In this document: positions 39,138 to 48,514 of the stretch, piece by piece
How the letters are laid out: each line of letters begins with the position of its first letter
Numbering within the stretch: position 1 is the stretch's first letter
From: Dehalococcoidia bacterium
Lineage (GTDB): Bacteria; Chloroflexota; Dehalococcoidia; Lucifugimonadales; JADFKI01
DNA: 64,000 nucleotides
NCBI GenBank assembly: GCA_965242555.1
Contig: CBDESO010000010.1
Span: 37,026-101,025 of the forward strand
Direction: 5' to 3'
Translations under genes and position numbers: made by a program
The notes under the pieces: generated by a model
What the model saw: the letters and a program-made list of their open reading frames with translations, nothing else
Database searches by the model: none
Told to the model about the DNA's origin: nothing

Positions 39138-42100
39138 CTACCTAGGCGTCCCGCCCGGCACCAGGCTCGCGCTCTCCCGCACGAATACCCAGTAGCCGGA
39201 GCCTATCCGCAGGCTGTTGCTCGCCCCGCTAGTGTCCGGATCCAGCACCGTGAACCACTCGTTGGTGATGGTGTTGAAACCAAGCACACGCGCAAGGTCT
39301 AGCCCATCGTCCAGGCTGTTCAGGTAGGTCGTGGCGTCGATGGACTTGTCCGTGTCCAGAGCGTCGCCCGTCACATCCACAACCGGGATCAGGTTCCAGC
39401 CCGCGTACATCGGGATCACGGGCGGCTGTATCGGCGTGGACGCGCCTATCGCGCCGCCCGCCAGCCTCGGAATGTTCACATCCAAGTCCTGGATGGCGTC
39501 GCTCAGCACCCAGTAGCCGTTCCTAGCCGTGATGTCCGTCAGGTCGCCCTGCCAGGCGTCCGAGAGCGTCTCGCGCACAGCCACTTGCCAGCCGCCGGGG
39601 ATGACCGGGTTGTAGGTGTACACGGTCCGCACTTCGATGTCAGCCGTGAAGATCGCGCTGATGTCGCCGTCAGAGGGCTCGCCCGGCAGGCTTACCAAGT
39701 TCCAGCCGGGGTTCAGGCGGCGGGTGAACGGATCGCGCTCATCCACCGAGAACTCTACATCAAGCTCGTCTTTCAGCTCATTGCCCGCGACATCCATCGC
39801 TTGGATCGTGATCTCGTGGTCGCCCACGCTGACATCGTCCAGCGCCACCAAGAAGGTCTCGTCGTCGGTGGTCTTGACGCTGTCCGTCATGTCCACGCCG
39901 TCCAGCTCGAACTTGGTGATGGTCACCGCGTCAAAGCCGTCCTCGGCGTACTCAGCCGACTCAGCCGAGCAGTTGAGCTCGTCGCTCAGGTTGTCGCCCG
40001 GGTCGCAGTCCGCGCTGAAAGTAGACGTGAAGTCTATCTCTATGAACAGCGGGCGCTTCTGCTCCACCTCAGGCTCGGTGTCGCCGGCATGCTCGCCGCT
40101 CACAACCACCCTAGGCTTGGGCAGCTGAACGTCGCCCTCGAAGTACACCGCGTCGTCCGCGTTCACATCGCCGTCCTTCTCAAAGAAGTCCGCCGCTATC
40201 TTGTCGGGCGCTACGCCCTCAGATCCGCGGTTGTTCTGCCCGGAGCGGTCGTCGCCGTAGATGTACACATTGTAGTAGCCGGTCGCCGAGGGCTTGTCCA
40301 CGACTATCGTCCACTCGCTCGTGCCGTCCTTGGTTATGACGCTGTTCAGGCTCGCGCCCCTGGCGCTGACCGCGCAGTCGGCGCGCGCCGTGGCGTCGCG
40401 GTTGCGCGTTATGACGCCGTTCCTGTCAACGCAGCCCGCGGGCGCGTTCACATAGTTGACATCCACCAGCGGCTTGGTCGTGCTTATGCGCTCGTCGGAG
40501 GTCACCATGATGGTTACCTTTTCGTCCTCGCCCACCAGCACGTTGTCGCGGGTAGTTTCGCGCGGCGACGTTATGGACTGCACGGTGAACGCCGGGGCGA
40601 TCCAGTCGTCAGCCTCTTGCTCGTCGTCGTCCTGCTCGTTGCCAGCCGCGTCCTCGAGGCCGTTAGGCACTACGCTGACATCAGGCGTGGCGTCCGGCAG
40701 CAGATCCTCTTCCAGCTCCAGGAACACCGACTTGGCTATCTGGCGATACGCCCGATTGCCGCGGTCAAACCGCGTGTCCGTGCCCGCCGCGTTGTCCCAG
40801 CCCGCCTCCCCGGAGTCCGGGTCGTCGTACCAGTACACGCGCACGACCGTGTGGCCGTCAACCACGAAGTCGTCCTGCTCGATCGTGTCCGGGTTCAGGT
40901 CGCTTATGTCGTCAAAGATGACCTGGATGTAGTTGCGGTCGTCGTCGTAGGTGTTGTCCGAGGCGTCCCAAGTGACGCCCGTCCTAGCGAACATTATCGT
41001 GGGATCGACGGTGTCGACCGTGATCTCGGCGAAGGCCTCGGCGCGGTCGTTCTCGTCCGGGTCGTAGGCTACGCAGTTGCCCGCCGCGTCGCAGGCGATA
41101 AAGGTCACGTACGAGATGCGGTTCTCAGGCAGCACGACCGTGGTCTCTACGTCGAACCCGTTGTCTATCTCGTCGAAGTCTTTGTCGTCCTGGACAGTCC
41201 TGACCTCAGGCGTCCCGGCGCACCAGAGCGTCTCGCCCTCGAACAGGTTCGTGTTGGCTACCATGCTCTTGCCGCGCCTCAGGTCGGTCTCGCCGCGCGA
41301 GGGGCTGTAGCTGGCGGGAACGTTGGCGCACTGGTTGGCGCTCACTAGCCCGACCACCGACATGTAGTTGTCGTCGCCGTCGGTGTCCGGCAGATCCTCA
41401 GGATCCGGGATGCCGGATATGGCGTCGCTTATCGTAAAGGTGTAGTCCACCTCGTCGTCGTCCAGCGACTCTTCGTGCTCAGGCAGGAAGTTCGTGAACT
41501 CGGGCGCCTCGTTGTCTATGACAACGCTGTCCCTAAGGTTGCCGAACTTGATCCGCAGGCTGTCCTCTTCCTCAACATGAATCTGAGGAACGCCGCCGTC
41601 CGTGTGCTTGAACACGCCGCCGTCGCCGGGGGTGGCCGCCGCGCTGTCCTGCACGGGCATCACCGCCGCTACGAACTGGTTGTCCCGGCTCGCCGTGCGA
41701 TACGCCATCAGCTTGAGCTTGTCGTCCGAATCATCGCCCTCTAGGTCGATGAATACGCACTGGTTGCCGTTGCCGCACTGAGCGTCCGGCGACTGCGACA
41801 GCACCGCTATCCGCAGGACGCTGCCCCAGCGAGCGTTGCCCGTGCTGATGAAGTTCGTGACCGCGGTGCCGGCGGTAGCCGGCAAGTCGGTCGGCGCCTC
41901 AGGCACGGTCGCCCTCAGCGTGGTCTTCCTGTCAGCAAGCGCCGTGTTCGGATCCCCATGCGTCCCCAGAACCGGGTTCGCCTGATGCACCCTTATGGAG
42001 CTTATGCTGTCGTCAACATTGTTGATTGACACGCTGACGTCCACCGTGGCGTTGCCGCTGCTGCCCCGGAGGGTAGAGCCGCTGTCGTCCGCGGTGACCG

Positions 42101-45100
42101 TGAACGAATCGGACAGGTTGCCCCGGTCGGCGTCAAGGGACGCGAGCGTCGCCAACACGCCGGAGGAGGCGTCTATCTGATACTGGGAGGCGTCGCCGCC
42201 GCTCAGCGTGTAGGTGATCGGATCGCCGTCCGCGTCGGTGGCGACATAGGTGGCGAGCGTAACGCCGCGCAGCGTGTTTTCGTTCACCGACAGCGAATTG
42301 GGATCGCCGTCCGGAGACGCCTGCCACACCGGCGCGTTGTCATTCAGGTTGTTCAGGTCAAGCTGCTGCAGCAACTGGCCCTGCCCGCCCAAGGGATCCG
42401 TGACTTCCACCTCAACCGTGTAAGAGGTCTTGGTCTCGAAGTCCAGGTTCGCGGTGGAGCTCACCGCCAACACTGCGGTAGCCTCGCCGCTGCCATCAGC
42501 GCCGGGCGTACCCGTTATCGTGAACTGCGCCGAGTCTAGCGCCGGGCGGAGTTCAAATGTGATGTCGTTGCCGTCCGGATCGCACGCCTTGTAGCGCGCT
42601 ATCACCGTGCCGGCCCTAACATTCTCGTCCTGCGTGGCGACCGACAACGCGTCCAACTTCGCCGCGGGGGAGCAGTCAGCGCCCGCCGCAACAAAGTACG
42701 GGTTCTCGTTCACCTCGGTTAGCGATATGACCAACGGCGCGTCCGCCGACTCGCCGCCGCTGTCGGTTGCGCGCACGAACAGCTCATACGAGGTCTTCGC
42801 CTCATAGTCCAGCGCGCCCGTAACCGTCACTACCGCCATGCCCTCGGAGTTCTTGGCGATTGCGAACGGGCCATCAAACGCCACTTTCGGGGCGTCGTCA
42901 GCCGCGTCGTCAGAGTCGTCGTCCATCACCAAGCTGTAGGTCAATGTGGCAGTCTGCCCGGCGTCCTGGTCAGCCGCGCTTATGGACTGAGCGGGCGTCC
43001 CGCCGTCAGTCACATTAACCACATCGCCCATATCCGCGCCCTCAGTAACCGTCGCGGTGTATGACTTCTCCGTCGACGGCTCCATGAAAGCGCCCTCGTC
43101 GTCAAAGCTCGCGCCGAATACGGGAGCCTCGTTCACGTCGTTGATGGTGACCACAACACCCCTGATGGGCCTATCTCCGCCCGGCACGAATTCGCCCGCT
43201 TGCACGGTCAGCGCGTAAGAGGACTTCCTCTCATGGTCAAACGCGCCCGCTATCGGCACGCGCAGTTCGCCGGGCTTTTGCCCTGTAACTGTGTCGTCAG
43301 CGGTTATCTCAAAGGTAGGCACTGACACCGCGTTTGCGTTTGTGACTCCCTCCGGGAGTATCTCAGTCGACGCAATGTCATCGCGGTCTACATCAGCCCA
43401 CAGCCCAGTGATAGGATCCCCGTCCTTGCCCGTTATCAGGACAGAGAGATTGGGGTTCTCCGCGTTGACGACTATATTGTACCTTGTCGTCGCGGGTTGC
43501 CCGTTGGCATCAGGCCAATTGACCACCACGCGCCCAACAAGCAGGTTCGCCGCGTTGTTCTCATCCTCGTCGAACTCAACGCCCGTGTCAACGGCGGTAA
43601 CCTCGCCCTGCATTATCGGCAACAGGACGTCTATCGTAGCGTCGGCCGACCCATCGGACGCCACCACGCTGAACTCATACTTCAGTATGGGCCAGGTATC
43701 GCCCTCATCGTTGAAGTCGTCGTCGTCATTGGCGTCAACGCCGGCTACGTGGATGGTCGGGTTGGCGGTGGTATGCGCCTCGAGCAGATCATCGTAGTCT
43801 ATCGCCTCTGCCTGGCGCAGCATCCCCGTATTCACGCCGTTGCTGTCTTGCTTAAGCGCAAACTCATCGGGGGCGTCGCTCAGCGAGAACGACAGCACCT
43901 GGTTGTCAGGCTCGGTGAAGAACCCGGTGAAGTCGAAGAGGAACTCATCGTCTTCCATCGGATCGTCCATGGGGCGATCCGCGGATATGGCGGCGAACTC
44001 CAGGTCCGCGCTCTGCATGCCGGTGTCTTCGTCAACGGTGACGTCAATCGGCTCGCCGCGGAACTCGCCGGAGATGGTGGGCGCCCGGTTGCTCTGCGTT
44101 ACCGTTATGTCCACCGGAATCGTCGCGCTCTTGCCGTCCTTGGCGTCGTCCGAACCCGTCAGAACCAGGCTGAACTCGCCCACAGGCAGCATGGCGTCGG
44201 TCCTGGCGGTTATTATCGCCACAGGCTCGTACCTAACCGTGCCGCCGGTCACGTCAACGAACTCAGTGCTCACCGTAAGCATGCGGGCAAGCGCCATGTT
44301 CCGAGCTATCTGGTCGTCATCCAGCGCCTCGTTGTCCGCGTTCACGCTGGCGCCCGCCAGCTTATAGTTGACAAGGCGGCCCTGGAAAGTCCCGGAGGGG
44401 AGAGTGATAAAAGGCCTGTCAGGCTGCGCCCTTTCAGTGTTGTTGTGGGTGTTCGCAATGTTGCCGTCGGCGTCGTAGGCGAACAGATCCACCTCGCCCT
44501 CATGGCTGTCCTGAATCGTCGTGCCAAACCGAGCGGTGGCGGCCGGCGAGCCGCCAAAGGCAGCGTGAGCGGAGCCGTCGAAGTTAACCGCCGTAATGTT
44601 GAACGGGATCGAAGGATCCGCCCAATCCACCCAAACGGGGATAGTGACGGTGGTGTCCGTCTCGACTAGGTTAATCCCCGATGCCGGGCAGGTGAACGTC
44701 TCAGGGGGGCCGGCGTCGATGGTAGGCGCGGAGTAAGTGGGAGTTTCTGCGCCGTCGGAGCACACATAGCCGTCGACTATTACGGTAACGGTCGTGTTGC
44801 CCGGCCTCGCGCCGGCGCGTATGTTGAACGTTTCGCCTTGCTCGCCTTCGGCTGCGCGATTAACAACCGATGCGACGGACTCGTCAGCGACCGTGATGCT
44901 GCGTACGCGGACCTGTTCAACGGAATCCGTCAGGTCAACTAGCTTCTCACCCGTTTGTGAGCGAGTTATCCCTATTATGGTGGTCATGACCCTGTCGGTC
45001 CACCATGTGCTGAATGGGTACTCCTCAATGGTGTACGCGACCAGCGGCGTGTCTTCGTCAAGAGTCCCGCCGTTGCCGGTGGCCATAAAAGGCGTATGCG

Positions 45101-45212
45101 TAGGCAACGCCACCACCGCCTCTGCGGTATCGCTTGTGTATTGGGAGCCGAAAGTCCCGACGGCGATAATCGCCGCCAGAACGATCAGTACTGCCCCTAA
45201 GGTCTTTTTCAA
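39138..45212 (-). CDS. giant (2,024-aa) cell-surface protein with cadherin-like repeats
   Basis: TTG start with AAGGAG 6 nt upstream. N-terminal signal/anchor KKTLGAVLIVLAAIIAVGTFG. Cadherin-type linker motifs INDVNEAPVF, LTEVNENPYF, LNNLNDNAPVW, QSNRAPTI. Very acidic, D/T/V-rich. The C-terminal region has repeated GWNLVSLPG / AGWNLIPVVD motifs. Confidence 0.85.
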   Translation of the reverse strand: MKKTLGAVLIVLAAIIAVGTFGSQYTSDTAEAVVALPTHTPFMATGNGGTLDEDTPLVAYTIEEYPFSTWWTDRVMTTIIGITRSQTGEKLVDLTDSVEQVRVRSITVADESVASVVNRAAEGEQGETFNIRAGARPGNTTVTVIVDGYVCSDGAETPTYSAPTIDAGPPETFTCPASGINLVETDTTVTIPVWVDWADPSIPFNITAVNFDGSAHAAFGGSPAATARFGTTIQDSHEGEVDLFAYDADGNIANTHNNTERAQPDRPFITLPSGTFQGRLVNYKLAGASVNADNEALDDDQIARNMALARMLTVSTEFVDVTGGTVRYEPVAIITARTDAMLPVGEFSLVLTGSDDAKDGKSATIPVDITVTQSNRAPTISGEFRGEPIDVTVDEDTGMQSADLEFAAISADRPMDDPMEDDEFLFDFTGFFTEPDNQVLSFSLSDAPDEFALKQDSNGVNTGMLRQAEAIDYDDLLEAHTTANPTIHVAGVDANDDDDFNDEGDTWPILKYEFSVVASDGSADATIDVLLPIMQGEVTAVDTGVEFDEDENNAANLLVGRVVVNWPDANGQPATTRYNIVVNAENPNLSVLITGKDGDPITGLWADVDRDDIASTEILPEGVTNANAVSVPTFEITADDTVTGQKPGELRVPIAGAFDHERKSSYALTVQAGEFVPGGDRPIRGVVVTINDVNEAPVFGASFDDEGAFMEPSTEKSYTATVTEGADMGDVVNVTDGGTPAQSISAADQDAGQTATLTYSLVMDDDSDDAADDAPKVAFDGPFAIAKNSEGMAVVTVTGALDYEAKTSYELFVRATDSGGESADAPLVISLTEVNENPYFVAAGADCSPAAKLDALSVATQDENVRAGTVIARYKACDPDGNDITFELRPALDSAQFTITGTPGADGSGEATAVLAVSSTANLDFETKTSYTVEVEVTDPLGGQGQLLQQLDLNNLNDNAPVWQASPDGDPNSLSVNENTLRGVTLATYVATDADGDPITYTLSGGDASQYQIDASSGVLATLASLDADRGNLSDSFTVTADDSGSTLRGSSGNATVDVSVSINNVDDSISSIRVHQANPVLGTHGDPNTALADRKTTLRATVPEAPTDLPATAGTAVTNFISTGNARWGSVLRIAVLSQSPDAQCGNGNQCVFIDLEGDDSDDKLKLMAYRTASRDNQFVAAVMPVQDSAAATPGDGGVFKHTDGGVPQIHVEEEDSLRIKFGNLRDSVVIDNEAPEFTNFLPEHEESLDDDEVDYTFTISDAISGIPDPEDLPDTDGDDNYMSVVGLVSANQCANVPASYSPSRGETDLRRGKSMVANTNLFEGETLWCAGTPEVRTVQDDKDFDEIDNGFDVETTVVLPENRISYVTFIACDAAGNCVAYDPDENDRAEAFAEITVDTVDPTIMFARTGVTWDASDNTYDDDRNYIQVIFDDISDLNPDTIEQDDFVVDGHTVVRVYWYDDPDSGEAGWDNAAGTDTRFDRGNRAYRQIAKSVFLELEEDLLPDATPDVSVVPNGLEDAAGNEQDDDEQEADDWIAPAFTVQSITSPRETTRDNVLVGEDEKVTIMVTSDERISTTKPLVDVNYVNAPAGCVDRNGVITRNRDATARADCAVSARGASLNSVITKDGTSEWTIVVDKPSATGYYNVYIYGDDRSGQNNRGSEGVAPDKIAADFFEKDGDVNADDAVYFEGDVQLPKPRVVVSGEHAGDTEPEVEQKRPLFIEIDFTSTFSADCDPGDNLSDELNCSAESAEYAEDGFDAVTITKFELDGVDMTDSVKTTDDETFLVALDDVSVGDHEITIQAMDVAGNELKDELDVEFSVDERDPFTRRLNPGWNLVSLPGEPSDGDISAIFTADIEVRTVYTYNPVIPGGWQVAVRETLSDAWQGDLTDITARNGYWVLSDAIQDLDVNIPRLAGGAIGASTPIQPPVIPMYAGWNLIPVVDVTGDALDTDKSIDATTYLNSLDDGLDLARVLGFNTITNEWFTVLDPDTSGASNSLRIGSGYWVFVRESASLVPGGTPR

Positions 45213-45603
45213 TTTTCGCTCCTTGTTGCGCGTGTATGTTTGCGGTTCGGGTTGCGTCTAATGGTTGGGCGGTCTAGCGTAGGCGGCGGGGTGAACCGCG
45301 CTGCCCGGTCTCCTGTTCATATGCTCCTCCCTCTCTCCGTATAGTTTGGTTTGCCGGTTTGCGGTAGTTGTGTTGATTGGGTTGATTGGGTTGTCGGATA
45401 TTCGGGTTAGCCCTCTCGGATTCGCTCGCGCCGGACGCGCTTGGCTTATTATTGGCTGCGCCGACTCGCCTTGCCCGGCCTTGCATTGCCCTTGCTTGCC
45501 TTGCCCAAATTCGCGCCGCGAAAGCCGCCCCGCGGGTTCGCGGGAGCTCATCCACCATCTATAATATCGCAGAAGTATTACGGGAGTATTACGGGGCGCC
45601 CCG

Positions 45604-45677
45604 AATTTTGGGCAATTTTGGGGGAATTCCCGGCAATTTCGGGGATTTGGGCGATTTCGCGCGTGAAATCCCAAATT
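45604..45677. promoter_or_regulatory. helically phased A/T-tract array (predicted intrinsically curved DNA)
   Basis: A/T tracts start at 45604, 45614, 45626, 45635, 45645, 45654, 45666 and 45673 (mean spacing about 10 bp), separated by G/C runs. They sit inside an 0.8-kb non-coding region. Confidence 0.6.
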
Positions 45678-46016
45678 CGGCGGCGCTGCGCCCCATCGCC
45701 AACTCTTGCTCGCCGCGCATCCGGCTTGCCCTGCCGCTTGCTCGCCCCCTCTACAATATCGCGCGCCCTGCGCCCTCGCGTATGCGCCCGTAGTTTCGCG
45801 CCGCTTGCGCCCTTGCCTGCGCCCCTGCCGAGCGCATCTTGATAACGATACGCTTGGGGCGTGGGGCGTGTCAATTGAAAACGGGTTAGGCATTCGCCGA
45901 AACGCCCGCGCTGATACGCCAGCCTCGCCCGCCGCCGCGCATCCCCCGCCCGCGCGATATGCTATGCTTGTATGCAAGCGCGCTGACGCCTACCCAGTAT
46001 AGAGGGGGACATACCT

Positions 46017-46322
46017 ATGCCCATAACCATCACTGACCCCAAGACCATCAAGATGGCGCATGAGCTCGCCGGCCTGACCGAAATGCCGCTCGCCGCCGCC
46101 GTCGACCTGGCCGTGCGCCACCATCTCGCCATCGTAAGGGTGTCGCGCGCGCGCAAGGCGCTCCGCCTAGAGGAACACACCCTCACCGAGGAAGAGTTCT
46201 ACGCAAAGCTGAACGCCATATCCAAGCGCTACCAAAAAGAGATCCCTCCCGAGCCCTTTGAGCGAAAGCGAATGATAAAGCGCGGCGAAGTCCCATACGA
46301 CGTCGCCCGCTTTCCCGGATAA
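46017..46322 (+). CDS. Rv0623/VapB-like antitoxin-family protein (orphan copy)
   Basis: 101 aa. ITITDPKTIKMAHELAGLTEMPLAAAVDLAV matches the N-terminal pattern of the Rv0623-like antitoxin family and of the next gene. Confidence 0.6.
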   Translation: MPITITDPKTIKMAHELAGLTEMPLAAAVDLAVRHHLAIVRVSRARKALRLEEHTLTEEEFYAKLNAISKRYQKEIPPEPFERKRMIKRGEVPYDVARFPG

Positions 46323-46393
46323 CATATGCTACACTTATTCCATCATCCCACGCCGCAACCCGCCGCAATGCCGCAACATAAGGAGGACGCGCC

Positions 46394-46741
46394 ATGACGC
46401 TCACAAACGCCGACCACGAAACCATGCTCGCCAAAACAGACCAAGAAACGGCGTTCACCATCACCGACGAAGAGACCTGCCGCATGGCGCAAGAACTCGC
46501 CGACCTTCTCGGCGAAACTCCCGCCGAAGCCGTTATGATCGCGTTGCGCGGCCGCCTCCCCGGCGAATGGCTGGCGCGCCCGGATGAGGAGCGCCGCCGC
46601 GCCCACGCGGCCATCCCCCCCGAAGAGAATCGAGCCGAAATCCGCGCCCTAATCGAGCGAGTCAACAAAGACCTGCCCCCCGGCCCCTCCATCCAGGAGT
46701 ATATCGACGACATGTACGACGAGTACGGCGCTCCCAAATGA
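46394..46741 (+). CDS. vapB: Rv0623-like VapB antitoxin
   Basis: FTITDEETCRMAQELADLLGETPAEAVMIALRGRL and C-terminal DDMYDEYGAPK. Stop overlaps the vapC start (ATGA 46738-46741). Confidence 0.7.
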   Translation: MTLTNADHETMLAKTDQETAFTITDEETCRMAQELADLLGETPAEAVMIALRGRLPGEWLARPDEERRRAHAAIPPEENRAEIRALIERVNKDLPPGPSIQEYIDDMYDEYGAPK

Positions 46742-47136
46742 TAATAGACACCTCCGCGCTCATAGCGATATTGTACCGCGAACCGGAAGCTCCGCTTTAT
46801 GATCAGGCGATAAGCCAGGCGGCGCATCCTAGGATGTCCGTGGCGAACTACTTGGAGGCTACAATCGTAGCGGAAGGCCGCTCCGGCGAAGACATAGGGA
46901 TCGAGCTTGAAAACTTGATAAAGCGGCTGGAAATCACGCTCGTCCCCGTAACGCTTGCCCAGGTGAAAGTGGCGCAGCAAGCCTGGCGCAAATTCGGCAA
47001 AGGCAACGATCCCGCCGCGCTCAACTACGGCGACTGCTTCGCCTACGCGCTCGCCCGCGCCACCGGCGAACCCCTGCTCTTCAAAGGCAACGACTTCGCC
47101 CAAACCGACATCCGCCCAGCCCACCCCGCGCCCTGA
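46738..47136 (+). CDS. vapC: PIN-domain ribonuclease toxin VapC
   Basis: MIIDTSALIAIL (Asp4), NYLEATIV, NYGDCFAYALA, FKGNDF: the four PIN acidic positions. Confidence 0.85.
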   Translation: MIIDTSALIAILYREPEAPLYDQAISQAAHPRMSVANYLEATIVAEGRSGEDIGIELENLIKRLEITLVPVTLAQVKVAQQAWRKFGKGNDPAALNYGDCFAYALARATGEPLLFKGNDFAQTDIRPAHPAP

Positions 47137-47149
47137 CGCCCGCTCGCGC

Positions 47150-47192
47150 CTCGCAAAAAGCGCCTCCCCCACACTACGCAGGAGAGGCGCTT
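47150..47192 (-). terminator. hairpin terminator between convergent vapC and the repeat-protein gene
   Basis: AAGCGCCTC (47158-47166) / GAGGCGCTT (47184-47192), a 9-bp stem. On the minus strand it is followed by TTTTG. Confidence 0.5.
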
Positions 47193-47216
47193 CCCCTTAA
47201 TCAGTCCATCCCCCCA

Positions 47217-48338
47217 CTACCCTCGCTTAGCCGCATCCGCCTTCCTCCGCCGACTCCGCGCATGCTTAGCCCCGCCCAGCAGCGCCAGCGGCGCGAACAG
47301 CATCAGCGCGTTGCCCGCCGCCTCGCCGAATGGCATCCCAACCGACGCGCTGCACGCGCCGCCGCCATTCTCAGGCTCCGGCTCCACCACAACCGCCGTG
47401 GGCGGCGCCTGCGTGGGCGGCGGCGGCTCAGGCGTGGCGGTAGGCGGCACGGGCGTGGCGGTAGGCGGCACAGGCGTCGCCGTGGGCGGCACAGGCGTGG
47501 CGGTAGGCGGCACGGGCGTGGCGGTAGGCGGCACGGGCGTCGCAGTCGGCGGCACGGGCGTCGCGGTAGGCGGCACGGGCGTCGCGGTAGGCGGCACGGG
47601 CGTGGCGGTAGGCGGCACAGGCGTCGCGGTAGGCGGCACGCGCTCAAACACCAGCGACACATTCTTCTGCGTATCCGGCTCAAAGATCCCATGCGCCGGC
47701 GGCGTGGACGGAACGCCGTTCAAGAAAAACTCCACCGGCAGCCCTATCAGCGTCTCATCGGTCGGAATCACCACCAGATTGATGAAATCCCCCCCATCCA
47801 GTATCGCCGCGCGCGCCGTCTGATACTCCCCAACCCGCGCAACCAGCGTCATATCCGGCGTAACCTGAAAGCCCGCCACCACGATGTTGCCGGAGTACGT
47901 GGATGGCAGCACGGGCACCGGCGTGGGCGTCAGCGTAGCCTCCGGTATCTGCGGGAATGTCAGGTCAAACCGCAAATTGTTCGTCCCCGGATTATGCCGC
48001 ACTCGCTCATTCGCCTCCACGCCCTCCAAGAATATCCGCACCTCTTCGTTCAGATACGCCGAAGACGGCGGCGACACCGTCAGCAGATACCTGCCGTCGG
48101 CAACCGTAGCCGGCTGCGTCTCATACGCGCCGATGCGCGCCACCAGATTGAACCCGTCCGGCGCGCCCACCGCCTCGCCGCCCAGTATCATCGGTATCGG
48201 CGGCACAGACAGCAAAATCCCCGGCGTGGGCGTAGGCGTGGGATTCTGCGCGTATGCCGTACCCGCCAGCGCCGCCGCGCCCATCGCCGCTACCAGCAGC
48301 GCCGCCATCATTCCTGTCAAAAACTTTCGTGTCTTCAT
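47217..48338 (-). CDS. secreted protein with two internal beta-rich modules, a PPTATPV x10 linker and a C-terminal sorting-signal-like segment
   Basis: Start at ATG 48338 ([30 protein letters not shown] signal peptide; GGGGAGAGA upstream). The track start 48359 is also possible. C-terminus: GGGACSAS + hydrophobic helix + [15 protein letters not shown]. Confidence 0.8.
   Translation of the reverse strand: MKTRKFLTGMMAALLVAAMGAAALAGTAYAQNPTPTPTPGILLSVPPIPMILGGEAVGAPDGFNLVARIGAYETQPATVADGRYLLTVSPPSSAYLNEEVRIFLEGVEANERVRHNPGTNNLRFDLTFPQIPEATLTPTPVPVLPSTYSGNIVVAGFQVTPDMTLVARVGEYQTARAAILDGGDFINLVVIPTDETLIGLPVEFFLNGVPSTPPAHGIFEPDTQKNVSLVFERVPPTATPVPPTATPVPPTATPVPPTATPVPPTATPVPPTATPVPPTATPVPPTATPVPPTATPVPPTATPEPPPPTQAPPTAVVVEPEPENGGGACSASVGMPFGEAAGNALMLFAPLALLGGAKHARSRRRKADAAKRG
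47431..47640. repeat. 10 x 21-bp tandem repeat (coding, PPTATPV)
   Basis: GGCGTGGCGGTAGGCGGCACG-type units. They differ only at synonymous positions (GTG/GTC, ACG/ACA, and similar). Confidence 0.9.
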
Positions 48339-48447
48339 TCTCTCCCCGTGTAGCTCCATTCCCTATTATTGTTAAAAACTTTGCCGCGTCTATTCTACCA
48401 CACCCAGCCGCGCATTGAACAAAATTTATACCCTATCCTAAACCGAA

Positions 48448-48493
48448 ACCCAAAAACTTTTCGGCCGATTTCTCACAAAAAGCGCCATCCCCC
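48448..48493 (+). repeat. degenerate copy E of the AT-rich intergenic element
   Basis: ACCCAAAAACTTTTCGGCCGATTTCTCACAAAAAGCGCCATCCCCC keeps the CCCAAAA...TTTT...AAAAAG...CCCCC frame, but palindrome 2 is eroded. Confidence 0.4.
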
Positions 48494-48514
48494 TATATGC
48501 TATAATTCGCCCAA

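Noticed and set aside
45258-45977. 239-aa minus-strand ORF in the region upstream of the giant gene.
   Set aside because: The composition (R/G/A/P runs) and lack of an RBS or motif argue against coding. The region is better explained as non-coding regulatory DNA full of short repeats.
47431-47640. Regular 21-bp repeats that could superficially suggest a CRISPR-like array.
   Set aside because: The units are contiguous with no spacers, lie in frame inside a well-supported ORF, and encode PPTATPV heptads.
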